64,000 nt of DNA from Auanema rhodensis. Lineage: Eukaryota > Animalia > Nematoda. The DNA lies in contig OZ059900.1 in NCBI GenBank assembly GCA_964057225.1, positions 10,292,001 through 10,356,000 of the forward strand, written 5' to 3'. The position numbers and the translations under genes are program-made. This document shows, one piece after another, positions 39,743 through 52,805 of this stretch (position 1 is its first letter; each line of letters opens with the position of its first letter). The notes under the pieces are model-generated. The model made no database searches, had not been told where the DNA came from, and worked only from the letters and a program-made list of their open reading frames with translations.

Positions 39743-40174
39743 TGCGTGGTAACCATGATGCGACAGCGCGTACACCCACGTTAATGAAGTATGTTCTTTT
39801 TTTCTAATATTCGATTAACAATAAAATAAAATAAATTAGACTAATCTATGCAAAAGTATATAAATAATCATTAAATAACTGATTACTGTATTTAGCACTC
39901 GGTCACCAGAAAGCGCTTAAAGAGAATGAAAAGACAAACTAAAGCTATTTGTTTTTTCGCGGACGTTGTACAAGTAGGTATGTTTCAATGTATTTTGAAA
40001 TATATTTTTAGAATCTTTCTGTGTTTGTATTAATTTTGTTTTTTAGGTCTATCAGCAAATGAGAATGAGGCTGAAGTGCTAACGAGGGCACAACAGGTGC
40101 TCAATGAAGTTTACGACAAAACTACGCTACCGTTGTCAAGTTCTGATTCTGATTGGGAAACTGAAACCGACTGA
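39743..40174 (+). pseudogene. 5'-truncated spliced orphan gene fragment ending ..LSSSDSDWETETD*
   Basis: Exons 39896-39977 and 40047-40174 splice in frame (HSVTRKRLKRMKRQ..); upstream exon 39743-39788 has stops in that frame; lies next to the palindrome breakpoint. Confidence 0.45.
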
Positions 40175-40586
40175 GGAGTGATGCTTGTTATATTAAAGTA
40201 TTTCTCATTTGAACATTTTTTTCTAATTTCTTTAATTTATTTCGCTCTGTTCTCTATAGCTTAACAAACACCGTTGATTCACATAGCATTTCTTGATGAC
40301 CAATAAAAAAAAAACATTATTGAAAAAGTGAAGCAAAAGAAAACAAACAGATTTGCCTAAAACAAGAGATCAAATTCAATTATCTTCTATCGAATAGGAG
40401 ATCAAAAAGTACGTTTCAGACAAAGGTAACATTCATAGGGTTTTTCAATCAAACCAGCAGTAGCACACATATATTCTTGCAACATTTCTGAATATAATTT
40501 TCATTAAATTGAATAATTGCCATTAAAATACCTTCTCATCATTGCAAAAACAAAGAAACCACAGGTCCATAGTTTGAGAAATCTGA

Positions 40587-41692
40587 TTACTGATTTTCCA
40601 TATTGAAAGTATCTAATTGATCGATAAAATTATCATCAACCACTACTTTTTCAGAATCCTGATGATCAAAATCGCCAGCATTCGAAGAGTTATCGGATTC
40701 ATCACCTCCGAGATAAAAAGGCTCTTCATGATAAACGTGACCCAAATCTGCATCTTGCAAATGTAATCCACAAATATCAAGCTAAAAAGATAGAATTTCA
40801 TTAAATTTACAACTTAGTAGTAGTTCGAGGATGCTAATTTACAACTTACTGGTTGTTTGAGTACGTTTTCAATCTTGCCCATATGCTTATAGATGAGCTG
40901 AATATTCTCTTCAAGCTTCATACTAATTTTTCGCCAGAAACTAATAACACGAGAAGACCCAAGCTTTGCAGAGCGTGCAACGTTTTGATGAGCCACGTTT
41001 TCTATAATAATACAGAACAATCACACACAAATTAAATAATACTAAATACCTAACAGTTCTTTATAACTGGGAGTAACGTAATGTTCCGGGATCAACGGAA
41101 GACCTTCCAATCTTAACAAATTATTGTCCCGCACGCTGTCAGAACCTTCGCAAAACGTGTAACGAACCAAAACAAGTGATTCACCACTTCGAATCCTGGC
41201 CACTTTATCTTCTAAATCAAAATCCGGCTTATTCTTAAAAAAAATCTTCAGCGCATATTTGACAGTTCTACTTACTTCCCCACCGATATCCAGTTCTAAT
41301 TGTTCTATGATTTTCCGGACATCATTCTTGGATTCCCTAAGTAACTCGCACAGACGGATCCAATATGAATTGTTAAAGGCCGAGAACGATGAAGGATCCT
41401 CGTCCAAAAAAATGTCCGGAAATTCGAAATTGCCTTCAATAGGTTTTGTTACATCCTGAAAACCATATTAAACCAATAAAATTCTACTAATTATACTCAC
41501 CTGGGTTCGTGCGTACTTTACAAAAGATAGGTGATCATCGAAAGCATTTCGAAGGAAAGGAATAAACTCGTTACAATACTTCTTCCATTTTTTCATTTCG
41601 TCAAAGCGTATGTTTCTTTGCAGAAACTGACCAGGTTCTTCAGAATCACTCCGATTTGCTCGAACTGCATTTCTTTTACGAGTGCGAGGCAT
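40587..41692 (-). CDS. orphan gene F (E-family)
   Basis: Exons 41692-41501, 41455-41050 (with a probable 42-nt internal intron), 41001-40850, 40781-40587; ends LDTFNMENQ*. Confidence 0.75.
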
Positions 41693-42676
41693 TCTATGAA
41701 ACAAAAGTTGAATCTTGAATAAAAATATAAAGTTCACGATATTTACCTGGATGATTATTACTAGAAAGTTGCAGAATAAATGCAAACTGAAAACAATAGC
41801 TTGAAGAGATTTATGATATAATATAGATCAAAAAAATTAACAATGAACATATATCTATAACATCTGTTTACCAATGACCTGAAGTAAGAGAAGGAACACT
41901 GTAGATACTGTATGTTAATTGTTTTTTAGTTGTTTGTTAGTTGTTTGTACCATAAATAGAAAAAATGATGAAAATAATCAATAACATACTTTGTTTATTG
42001 TAGTTTGTTTGCTTATCAAAAACAATTTAGGCTGATAAAAGTTAAATTATTAAGCTAAATCTGATTACGGTAATAAGGTTTATCCATGCGGGACAAATTC
42101 AAAAACAAAAACAAAAATGAAATTACGATTAGAGCATAAGTGCAACGTGAGTTCAACTAAAGTGCAATTTTTTATAATAAATATTAAAAAACATTATACA
42201 CTTCTCACTTTTGAAATTCGAGTGTATTTTCATAATTAATTTATAAAATGCTCATTGCAACAAGCTGAGGTCTCATTCTTCTTCCTGAATAGTTACTAAG
42301 CTATTACAAACCATGTGTCAATAAGAATTAATTCTTCTTTTTTCTTGTTAGCTATTCACATACTGATTCTGATTTAACTATCAATAGTGCTATGTTGTGA
42401 ACGTTTGATAACTTAAACAAGATTAAGTAAAAGAAGATGAAAGCTTTCATTTCAGAAATATGGCTTGCTGGTCAATACTCTGGCAAAAATTAAATTATTA
42501 AAATGAAATAGAATAATAACAAATTAAATATTTTAAATTATTATATACATGTCTCATCCAAATAAAACAAAATATATAAATAAATAAAGATATTTGAATG
42601 ATTAAATGATTGAATGATTATATCATTAGTGTCATAAATCAATATTTTTGTATAAACGCTTAACTACACAAAAAAA
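41690..42676. repeat. ~987-bp direct repeat, copy 1 (upstream/5' UTR of gene F)
   Basis: Matches 45450-46436; only 2 mismatches found by eye. Confidence 0.95.
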
Positions 42677-43885
42677 AAGAAATTAGGCCAAGTATTAACT
42701 ATGTTCCCATACCGTAGTATATAATAGTTGAAAAATATATAAATCATGCACATATCTAAAGCAATACACCCTAATGATGAATGACTCCACCGTTCAAGTG
42801 CAGTTATGTTAATTTCTCATATATGATGAAAACATGTATGCTGCTTCTCATACTAGGGGTGTCAATAAATAAATCTCCGCACGTTAGAATTGGAAAAAAT
42901 ATACTAGTTTTACAAAGTTAAAAATGTTTTTTATTGAATTACAAAATTAGAATATATTCAAATATAATAAACAAAAAAAAAGTTTCAAAATTTAATTTTT
43001 TTCTGAAAAAACTTTTTGATTTTAGCTCTTTTTTTCATTGTTTGTTATGGATGTAGCACATACCTCACATTCTTCTTTCTCATTTTGAAAGGGGCGTTCT
43101 TAGAAACTTTTTTGTTATTTCAATTGCTAACACATTAAAATTATTTGTCTATACTCTATATAATTAACATTTGCAATAAACGTTTAGCAAAATAACATTT
43201 GTATGCTTCATAACTTGAAAAAAATACTTTCAAAATTTAAAAGCACAAAAACCTCAGCAAGTAGTTAGACAACAAAGCTTCCGAGAATTATCAGATTTAT
43301 TAGGTCATATTTTCGTTTTTATTTCTTTTTTTCCTTCTCTTTCTCATGATTATCATAAAAGTAATTAACTCAATTGTTTATTATCATTCTATAAATGATC
43401 TGCTTTAAAAGTTGTAGACAATTGTCTTTATCTTAGAAAAGGATATAAGAGAGCATACCTGTTAAAAATAAAAAATAAATAGTTGTCAAGGAAATGGATA
43501 TTTTCTTAGTTTTACCTCAATATTTCCTGCTCAATTTGATGCGTTTTGTTTTTAATTTTACTTTAAAACCTGTTCTCACACGAATATTGTTGGATCATTA
43601 AAATAAATTAGTGACTTCTATAAGTATATTCTGGATGAGTAATTTCAAATAAATCTTATGCCAATTTTTAGAACTTTCATATTGAATACAATTATAAGTT
43701 AAATTATTACAATCGCTTTATGATTATTGCATCCGAATAATCGATTTTTTCGTATCTCATATAAGTCACTCTTTCCTTTGTGATTGCAGAGAAGTAGTTG
43801 ATACGCAAAACATTTATTGAAGAAAAACAAAACAAACAGCAACGAAACAGCGAAAAATCAAGCACAGCATTAATCAAAATGAAAA

Positions 43886-44271
43886 GTCAAAACACAAGCA
43901 GAAATAACAGATTTGCCTAAAACAAGAGATCAAATTCAATTATCTTCTATCGAATTGGAGATCAAAAAGTACGTTCCATACAGAGGTAACATTTATAGAC
44001 AAAGTTAACAGTCAAGCATAGTAATAATCAAAATGATATGTCAAAACATAAGCAGAAATAACAGATTTGCCTAAAACAAGAGATCAAATTTAATTATCTT
44101 CTATCGAATAGGAGATCAAAAGTACGTTTCAGACAAAGGTAACATTTATAGGGCTTTTCAATCAAGCCAGACTATAATACAGCAGTAGCACACATATATT
44201 CTTGCAACATTTCTGAATATAATTTTCATTAAATTGAATAATTGCCATTAAAATACCTTCTCATCATTGCA
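43886..44271. repeat. 3' flank of gene G, homologous to gene F 3' flank (40346-40546), with an internal 154-bp-period duplication
   Basis: AACAGATTTGCCTAAAACAAGAGATC.. present at 40346, 43906 and 44060. Confidence 0.9.
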
Positions 44272-44312
44272 TTAACATAACAACTTCAACGTCAACAATT
44301 TGAAGGTTTTGA

Positions 44313-45452
44313 TTATTTTTTTTCAATATTGAACGTATCTAATTTAGCAATAATATCGTCCCATGCAAGCATAATCTCAGCATCTTGGTCATCAAATTCA
44401 TCTGCATTTTGAACATTAACAATACCTTCAGCACTACGTTCCTCATAATTGTTAGTGGATACACTTTCCACATTCTCAACGGTTTGCCCGTAGTTGTTAA
44501 TAGAGCGCTAAAAACAAAAAGTTAAATTTCATCAACTCATCTTACCGCCTGCATAAACATATTTTCAATTCTAGCTATATGTCGACAAATGAGCTGAATA
44601 GTGCAATCAAGTTTCCAACAAATATCACGCCAAGAAGAAACCACGCGAGAAGATCTGAGCTTTCCACAGCGTACAGCTCTTAGACGGGACAGATCTTTGT
44701 AACCTATAACTAATGAGATAAACACTTCAACGCATTTCGAATAACAGTACCGGAACCTCTAATTCGTTTGTAACTGGAAGAATCAACACTGATAGGCTTT
44801 CCACTATCCTGAAATTTCGCAGGAACCGCAGGGAAAACAGGACGTTTTTGTAAGGATGCTCTTCTATTTTCCGGAGTTTTAAAGCTTGAAGGGGAGTACA
44901 AAAAAGTAGACTTATATCTTCCCTTCATGGAATAAGAGAAACCTGGGTTTTTAGTTACAGCTGATCTGTCAATCTAAAAACAGAAGTTATCGAATGTCCT
45001 GTAAATATACTAACAGGCCCACAAATCTTTTCTTCAAATAATCTCAAATGATGCTGGATATGTCTTATATGTTGTTCCAATAATGAAACAAATTGCATCC
45101 AATACAAGTTATTTGAAGCCGAATGTTCCCTGTTCAAATATTCGTCGACGCCGCGATAATCAAAGGATTTCTAGAAAACCAACATAATCAAACAAAAACC
45201 TCAGCTCATCCTACTCACCATCAGAGAAAGCTCGCGTTCAGCAAGGAAAAGGTGATTGTAAAAAGCCTGATAAAGATACGGTCTGAGGTGTTTACAGTAG
45301 TTCCTCCAGTAATGTAAAAATCGTGCACATGTTATTGCTGGTTGGAAGATAAGAGGTGCCACAGGTACTATAATATTTGACGAACGCACACGTCGACCCC
45401 AGTTATCGAACGCAGCTTTTTTATTTGGATTGAAATTAAAACCGTGAGACAT
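44313..45452 (-). CDS. orphan gene G (E-family), 5 exons
   Basis: GT-AG splicing gives a continuous frame MSHGFNF..YWMQFVSLLEQHIR..KLRSSRVVSSWRDIC..LDTFNIEKK*; intron positions match gene F. Confidence 0.72.
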
Positions 45453-46436
45453 TCTATAAAACAAAAGGTGAATCTTGAATAAAAATATAAAGTTCACGAT
45501 ATTTACCTGGATGATTATTACTAGAAAGTTGCAGAATAAATGCAAACTGAAAACAATAGCTTGAAGAGATTTATGATATAATATAGATCAAAAAAATTAA
45601 CAATGAACATATATCTATAACATCTGTTTACCAATGACCTGAAGTAAGAGAAGGAACACTGTAGATACTGTATGTTAATTGTTTTTTAGTTGTTTGTTAG
45701 TTGTTTGTACCATAAATAGAAAAAATGATGAAAATAATCAATAACATACTTTGTTTATTGTAGTTTGTTTGCTTATCAAAAACAATTTAGGCTGATAAAA
45801 GTTAAATTATTAAGCTAAATCTGATTACGGTAATAAGGTTTATCCATGCGGGACAAATTCAAAAACAAAAACAAAAATGAAATTACGATTAGAGCATAAG
45901 TGCAACGTGAGTTCAACTAAAGTGCAATTTTTTATAATAAATATTAAAAAACATTATACACTTCTCACTTTTGAAATTCGAGTGTATTTTCATAATTAAT
46001 TTATAAAATGCTCATTGCAACAAGCTGAGGTCTCATTCTTCTTCCTGAATAGTTACTAAGCTATTACAAACCATGTGTCAATAAGAATTAATTCTTCTTT
46101 TTTCTTGTTAGCTATTCACATACTGATTCTGATTTAACTATCAATAGTGCTATGTTGTGAACGTTTGATAACTTAAACAAGATTAAGTAAAAGAAGATGA
46201 AAGCTTTCATTTCAGAAATATGGCTTGCTGGTCAATACTCTGGCAAAAATTAAATTATTAAAATGAAATAGAATAATAACAAATTAAATATTTTAAATTA
46301 TTATATACATGTCTCATCCAAATAAAACAAAATATATAAATAAATAAAGATATTTGAATGATTAAATGATTGAATGATTATATCATTAGTGTCATAAATC
46401 AATATTTTTGTATAAACGCTTAACTACACAAAAAAA
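45450..46436. repeat. ~987-bp direct repeat, copy 2 (upstream/5' UTR of gene G)
   Basis: Offset of 3760 bp from copy 1. Confidence 0.95.
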
Positions 46437-46723
46437 GATGATCTGTGTACTAGTTACTAGTTTTACAGTCTTATTTTCCAAGATATTCTTGTTATACGTT
46501 ATACCTAAACCCTACCTCAACGAAGAATAGACGATCTATTTTTTCGTTGAAATTGTTATTATTCGTTCATACAACCATTCTACCACTGTTGCCTGTAGTA
46601 ATGAACCTGAACGGAATATTATCAACTTGATACACAACTAAATACTCGTGACAAACCCTGTAGATACGGTTTTTTTCTTGATCTACAATTTATGATATAA
46701 CTACAAAAAATTACTATGACTTC

Positions 46724-46836
46724 GCTTACGACCCTACCAAGTTGAAAATACCATCCCGTCCGATATGACAAGTTAAGCAACGTTGGACTCTATTAGTTCT
46801 CGGATCAAAGCCGGCTTGGTAATCCCGGGTGCCTTT
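46724..46836 (+). pseudogene. 5S rRNA pseudogene
   Basis: GCTTACGACC..GTTGAAA..CCATCCCGTCCGAT..AAGTTAAGCAACGTTGG..CCCGGGTGCC with substitutions, small deletions and a lost 3' end. Confidence 0.9.
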
Positions 46837-47245
46837 TCATTTTTATTAAAAGTATTTGAATAAATAAAGATGTTGTGGTAGTTGAAAACAGCTTTTGTTA
46901 AGTATGTACACATGTTCTCTATTTATATATTAGCCTAACACATTTTTTGATTATATCATTCTAATTAGCATGTAGCATTCTACAACAGAATTTTACACTT
47001 GTTTGATTAATTTCGTTTTTTTTTCCAAAAGTTATTAACTCATACACTAATAATGAAATAAATTAAACTTTAAAAAGTTATAATAAAAGTTTATGAAAAC
47101 AAAATACATTACAATTTCCTGTTATAAAAAACACAGCTAAAACAAACAATTATTAATAATTCAAATTTTCTTCCACTATATTTCAGGTATGCTGACAGCC
47201 AAGTGTACTGAAACTAGTAGTTAATATCAATTAGATTCATTAAAC

Positions 47246-49269
47246 TTACAATTTTAACTTCAAACTGTCATTTAAATCAACGTATTGTTTCTTATTAGCT
47301 TCAAATTCTTCCAGCATACCATCAGGAATAGGAGTACCACTTTCCAGACATTCTTGTGTTTGTTCACGAATGAATTTCAAATAATCCAACATTAAGGAAA
47401 AAAGTTGGCGATATTTCATATGTATCACACAACTGAAGCTTTCTTCTGAACGAATGCTCTCAGCCATATCATTTAGTGTTTGTGAATAATATGCTCTGAG
47501 TTCTGCATTCTTTTGTAGCTTATTATGATTATTTAAGTCAATATCCTGAAAAAAAAAACATTTAACGCATCATTTGCAAAGTTTCAGATCCTATTATCCA
47601 TTAAAATGTGAATTTACTTTGGAAATAAAAACTCATAAATTAAAAAAGAGGATGTAACACTAACCAATTTGCTTTCTTCATATTTGTCTTCATTATGAAA
47701 ATCATTCGTTTCCTTAACCAATTGAGGAAGATCAACCAGTTCACCGTCTTCAATTTCATCATCTAAGTCTGATCCCACCACGAAGTTTTCAATTATTTCA
47801 CGAACTAATTTCGGAGGTTTATCTTCTATGCTTTCTTCCAGTTCATTCATTGGATCCAGATGTGTGTTATCTGTATCAGTTTCAATATCCATATCTGAAC
47901 AAGAGTATCTATCCAGGTTACCACCCTGCAGATTATAAGCTGAGTTTGGGATTGTGTCCTTGTTGAAGCAGCCAAATTGATAATTTGAGTCAGGTACTAT
48001 GTTAGCAATACTCCTATCCATTTCGTTAACTAAGTCTCCAATAATGTCAACGGTTGTTTCTTCCATTTTCTCGACTGTGTTCGGAACATTGTCAGCAATA
48101 CCGTTTTCCATGGCATCAACTAAGTCTCTGATTGTGTTATTGTCCTCAGCTTCCATGACTGTGTCTGGTATTCTGTCAACAATACTTTCTTCCATTTCTT
48201 CTATTAAACTTTGAATTGCATCCACGATAATATTTTCGATCTCCTCAACAGAGTGGGGACTTCTGCTCTTGTTGAAACCTCCTATTACGTTAGCAACGCC
48301 TGAGCTTCTGTCATCGATACTCTTCTGCATTTCTTCTATTAAGTCTTCGATTATGTTTTCGGTATTATCTCCAATTGCTGTAACCGTGTCTGGGATTCTT
48401 CTGACAATGGTATTCTCCATTTCCTCAAGAGAGTGGGGACTTTTGCTCTTGTTGAAACTTCCTATAGCGTTAGCAAATCCTGAGTTTCTGTCATCGATAC
48501 TCTTCTGCATTTCTTCTATCAAGTCTTCGATTATGTTTTCGGTATTATCTTCAATTGCTGTAACCGAGTCTGGGATTCCTCTGACAATGATATTCTCAAT
48601 TTCCTCAAGAGAGTGGGGACTTCTGCTCTTGTTGAAACTTTCTATAGCGTTAGCAAAGCCTGAGTTTCTGTCATCGATACTCTTCTGCATTTCTTCTATC
48701 AAGTCTTCGATTATGTTCTCCTCATTATCTTCAATTGCTTTAACCGAGTCCGGGATTCTTCTTACTATGGTAATTTCCATTTCCTCAATTAAGTTTTGTA
48801 TTGTACTCACAATCAGTTCATCAGTATCGTCTGGATAACGACTAAAATCATTCAATCTATTAGTTGAGGTAGAAGTTTCGTTGACAGCACTATTATCCAT
48901 TCCCGCAACTAAGGTTGCAGTCGAGTTCTCGGCGTTATATTCCATTTGAACAACAGAGTTGGAGATTTCATTCTCTATGTTGTCTTCAATTTGATTAATT
49001 ACGTCTCTGATTGTAGTGACAACAGAATCTTCTAATTCTTGACTGCTTTTGTCTATTTCATTTACGATCCTCTTTAATACGTCAGCAATACAGCTTTTTT
49101 CTGAAGCTGTTCTCTCCAGTTCCCTCTCTTCGAGAGCTATTTGATTCATCAGCTCAGTATAAAGAAAATTTTCATCGCCCTCGAATGTAACAAAATCGTT
49201 GTAGAGAGCAATTTCATGTTCCTATAATGATGTTAAATCTAGAAAAATAGGCGACAATTAACTAACCAT
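47246..49269 (-). CDS. orphan gene H, ~619-aa acidic repeat protein with an A-family C-terminal domain
   Basis: ATG-only exon (49269-49267), exon 49221-47665, exon 47545-47246, all phase 0; long stop-free frame. Confidence 0.82.
48230..48790. repeat. three in-frame 180-bp (60-aa) tandem repeats in gene H
   Basis: Unit approximately ENTIVRRIPDSVTAIEDNTENIIEDLIEEMQKSIDDRNSGFANAIGSFNKSRSPHSLEEI. Confidence 0.93.
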
Positions 49270-51195
49270 ATTGTTTAACCTTTGTACAAAAAAAAATCAG
49301 AAAAATTTAGCAGCAATTACCTATAAGAAATTAGAAGTTAATATGTAAATAAATAATGACATTTTAATAAATATAAACAAAAATAAATTAAATAAAATGT
49401 ATTTGAAAGACTAACTCCCGCGTAGCAATAGAGCACATACGTGATTATCAATAACAGTACTCAGTTACCGTAAATTTATTTTTTTTAATAAAAACAAAAT
49501 AAATCCCCAATTATCAATAGAGCACTGATTCATTCAATATTAATTTTAACTTTTTTCAATTATATATATTTTTTGCTTAATGTACCCGAAATTCCCACTC
49601 CATTTCCAATTCAAGTACCAGCTGGGTTATGTTGCTTGGCATGTCAAAACAAAAAATCTGTGCTTTTAACATGGTGTAATTGTATGTGATTTTATTGTTT
49701 CAGTCATCACATATTTTAAGGTTATCACTGTGTAAAGGAAAAACAAAGAGAGATATAAAATCTGCTTTACTTTTCAAAATATTAATTAATTAAGCGTTTG
49801 TGTTGCACGTGTAATTAAACAGTATTCCAGTATTGCTGCATATATGATTTTGGTAGTCGTGACAGTCTGAGCTATCATAACAAATACTGTATGCATATAT
49901 TAGTTTATGTACTAATAATAAAATTGAGCTAACACACAGTGTTGCAAATTGTAAAAAAACGAGCGGAAAAGGTTTTAAGCTTACGATATTTTTTTGTTTA
50001 CACGGTTGAATTAGTTAGATGAAAACAATACTTATTCATATATTTCCATTTATCCGCTAATTTTATTAATTTGTCAACTGAATTATTTTTATAAAACTTG
50101 TATATCTACGTGAAGAATTATAATGTAATCACTTTGTTTTAATATTCTGGTTTTTATACTCAAATAAATAGTTTACTCTATATGTAAGTTTATTGCGCTG
50201 AGAATATATATGTACTTAAATATTATTTGCTCATAAAGATGCATAAACTAGCAATAATGGGTAGAAGCACTATATATTTGAGTTTTACAGTCAATAGAAG
50301 AATATATGTTGATTAACTGTTTAAGTGAAAACAAAACAGATTAAACTATTGTATAGTAGATGAACATGGGAATAGATAAAAAAACATCAAAATCCTACAT
50401 AATATTCAGACTATTCAAAATTCTTTCCTGTTTTTGATAAAAACATCATAATATAAAAATAATTATGATTATATTTTGATACACATTGATGGGGAAGTAA
50501 CTTTACGGCTTCTGAACAGTCTCCTCCATTTCTAAAATGCAGTTTTTGAAAGAAATATGGTATTAGGTGAATGAACAGTGTGTATGTCTAAATCATTCTA
50601 AACACCAGAAACATTTATTTTTTCATTATCATCGAATGCTTAGTATTCGAATGTTCCCAAGCATTTCAAAGCGTATAGAATATAATATTCGTTCATAATC
50701 AACTATAAATTTGAAATGAAATGGCTATAACTAGGTTGATATGATACTTTTTGCTTGAAAAATTGAATTGTGAAATCTAGATTTTTTCATGGAACACACT
50801 TTTCATCATGAAGTCATCAGTTTAACATTACTTTTATGAGAATAAAAAGAAACTTTTGATCTGAAAGTATTCAAAGTCATTAAACTGATGACTAATTTCA
50901 GTAGAAAATCTATTTCCTGCTCCAAAGATTTTCTGGAAATCGTCATTTTTCATTTGAGGGTAGGGGGTGTGACCTAAAATTATCAACTAATACATAAACA
51001 ATATAATTTCGAATAGTTGTCTTAAATTTACTGACACAGCTGTGTATTTATCTATGAAACAGCCGTCTGTTTTATCAATCCCATGCCAACGAAAATGCAA
51101 ATCTTCTCTTGCCTCTTCACTAAAGCAACAAAATGTTTTCAAACTGATTCGAGATGAAAATGCTTTACCCTTCTATTTTTTGATCCAGTTTATAT

Positions 51196-51451
51196 TTTTC
51201 ATAAGTGGCATCAATTGTGTTTTCTTGTTGATCAGTAGAAACAACAGAAGCAACTAGTATATTTCTACGTGCACTACCTGCATACATACATGTCTTAGAT
51301 ATTTCACTAATTAACATGCTATACCTGTCAATCATCAAGGAATTCAAATCCTCTACAAAGTTGTAAAGTGATATTGAACATATTCTTTATGCTGATATAC
51401 GTTAGGCCTTTTCATAAGTGGCATCAATTGTGTTTTCTTGTTGATCAGTAG
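51196..51451. repeat. 43-bp exact direct repeat (51196-51238, 51409-51451)
   Basis: TTTTCATAAGTGGCATCAATTGTGTTTTCTTGTTGATCAGTAG twice. Confidence 0.9.
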
Positions 51452-52805
51452 GAACTTTAGCACTGTTTAGCAGAATAAAACAGCGATAATACAAATAATC
51501 TGAGATTTCCATTTTCAAAATACTCTGAACAATACTTTTCAATCCTCACCTCCAACCAGTTTCCAAAAATAGTACGACATTCGTATTGAGACCAACCATT
51601 TCATTAAGAAGTCTCAAGAAAATTCATAATCGTTGCTCTGTTTATTTCTTCCAAACATCTTTGAAAACTTTCGAAAAAGCCTGCGTTCAATAAAACCAAA
51701 CAATTCAATTTTTAATAATTATTGTTTTCTATTTATAACAAGTACAGTATCAATATTCTCACTTCTGTATTTCCCAAGGCTGCTTGGAATATGCTCTTGT
51801 TTTCAAAAGGAGCGCATTAAATGTGCTTCAGTTTTCTCATTCTACCACGCAGTTTGAGCTTTTATTCAGAACATATTACCAAAATCATTTAAAATTCACT
51901 TCTTCTGATAACAACCTGTCTTCATAATGAATTAAGTGCAGATGAATCCATTTAGTGTGATCCAAAACATACTATAATCATCTACTCATTTCTATGAATC
52001 TTTCTTAAAATCAGTGCACAAATCTATATTACCCTTGCTTGATTAGTACAATTTTTTCAAAAACATTATTACAATAAAATTCAAATAATAACCATATTCA
52101 ATTTCATCAATCACCACCAAGTGAAGTACCTTTCTCCTTCTTGTCGGCCTCACATTAGCTGTCCTTCTTGCTCTTCATGATGCAAACAATCTTCCCCGAA
52201 TGAATCAATAAACTATATACAGAAACTATTTACAATTCGCATGCCTAATGCAATATAATCCAATAACCTTACCATCTCAAAAACATATGAAATCAAACAT
52301 GCATGAATCATTTCGTATTATCTATTATGCAGATCAACGTTATAAAGCGCGGTTTATACAAGCATAGTTATGTCATCGTGCTTTCACCAAACCATTACTA
52401 GTTATATGGATAAATCATGTACAATCTAACGTTATATTCACATTCTTGTCAATTGTTTAGAACAATCGGAAAAAACTTAGATATTAGCTTATATAGCTAT
52501 ATATTTGTTGGAAACTGATTATACTTGTTACTGATACTTATTAATAATGAATGAACTAACTAAGTATGCATTTGATTTACGCTTGCTATTCCAACTTCTT
52601 TATTATTTCTATATGACTCATACTAGGCAGTTCTAGTTCGTTTAATTATTTTAAACATCAACGATAATGTGCAAAAAAGTTTGTTGTATTTTAATCATTC
52701 TTCATTAATCATTTAATCAAATCATGCAACTAAATTAGCTAAAAATGTATATACTGTCTATGCCGAAAGCGCCAACCCGTGATGATTCCGCACACCCTTA
52801 CCTCA

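Noticed and set aside
47999-48838. Plus-strand hydrophobic ORFs of 71 and 189 aa
   Set aside because: Antisense shadows of gene H repeats.
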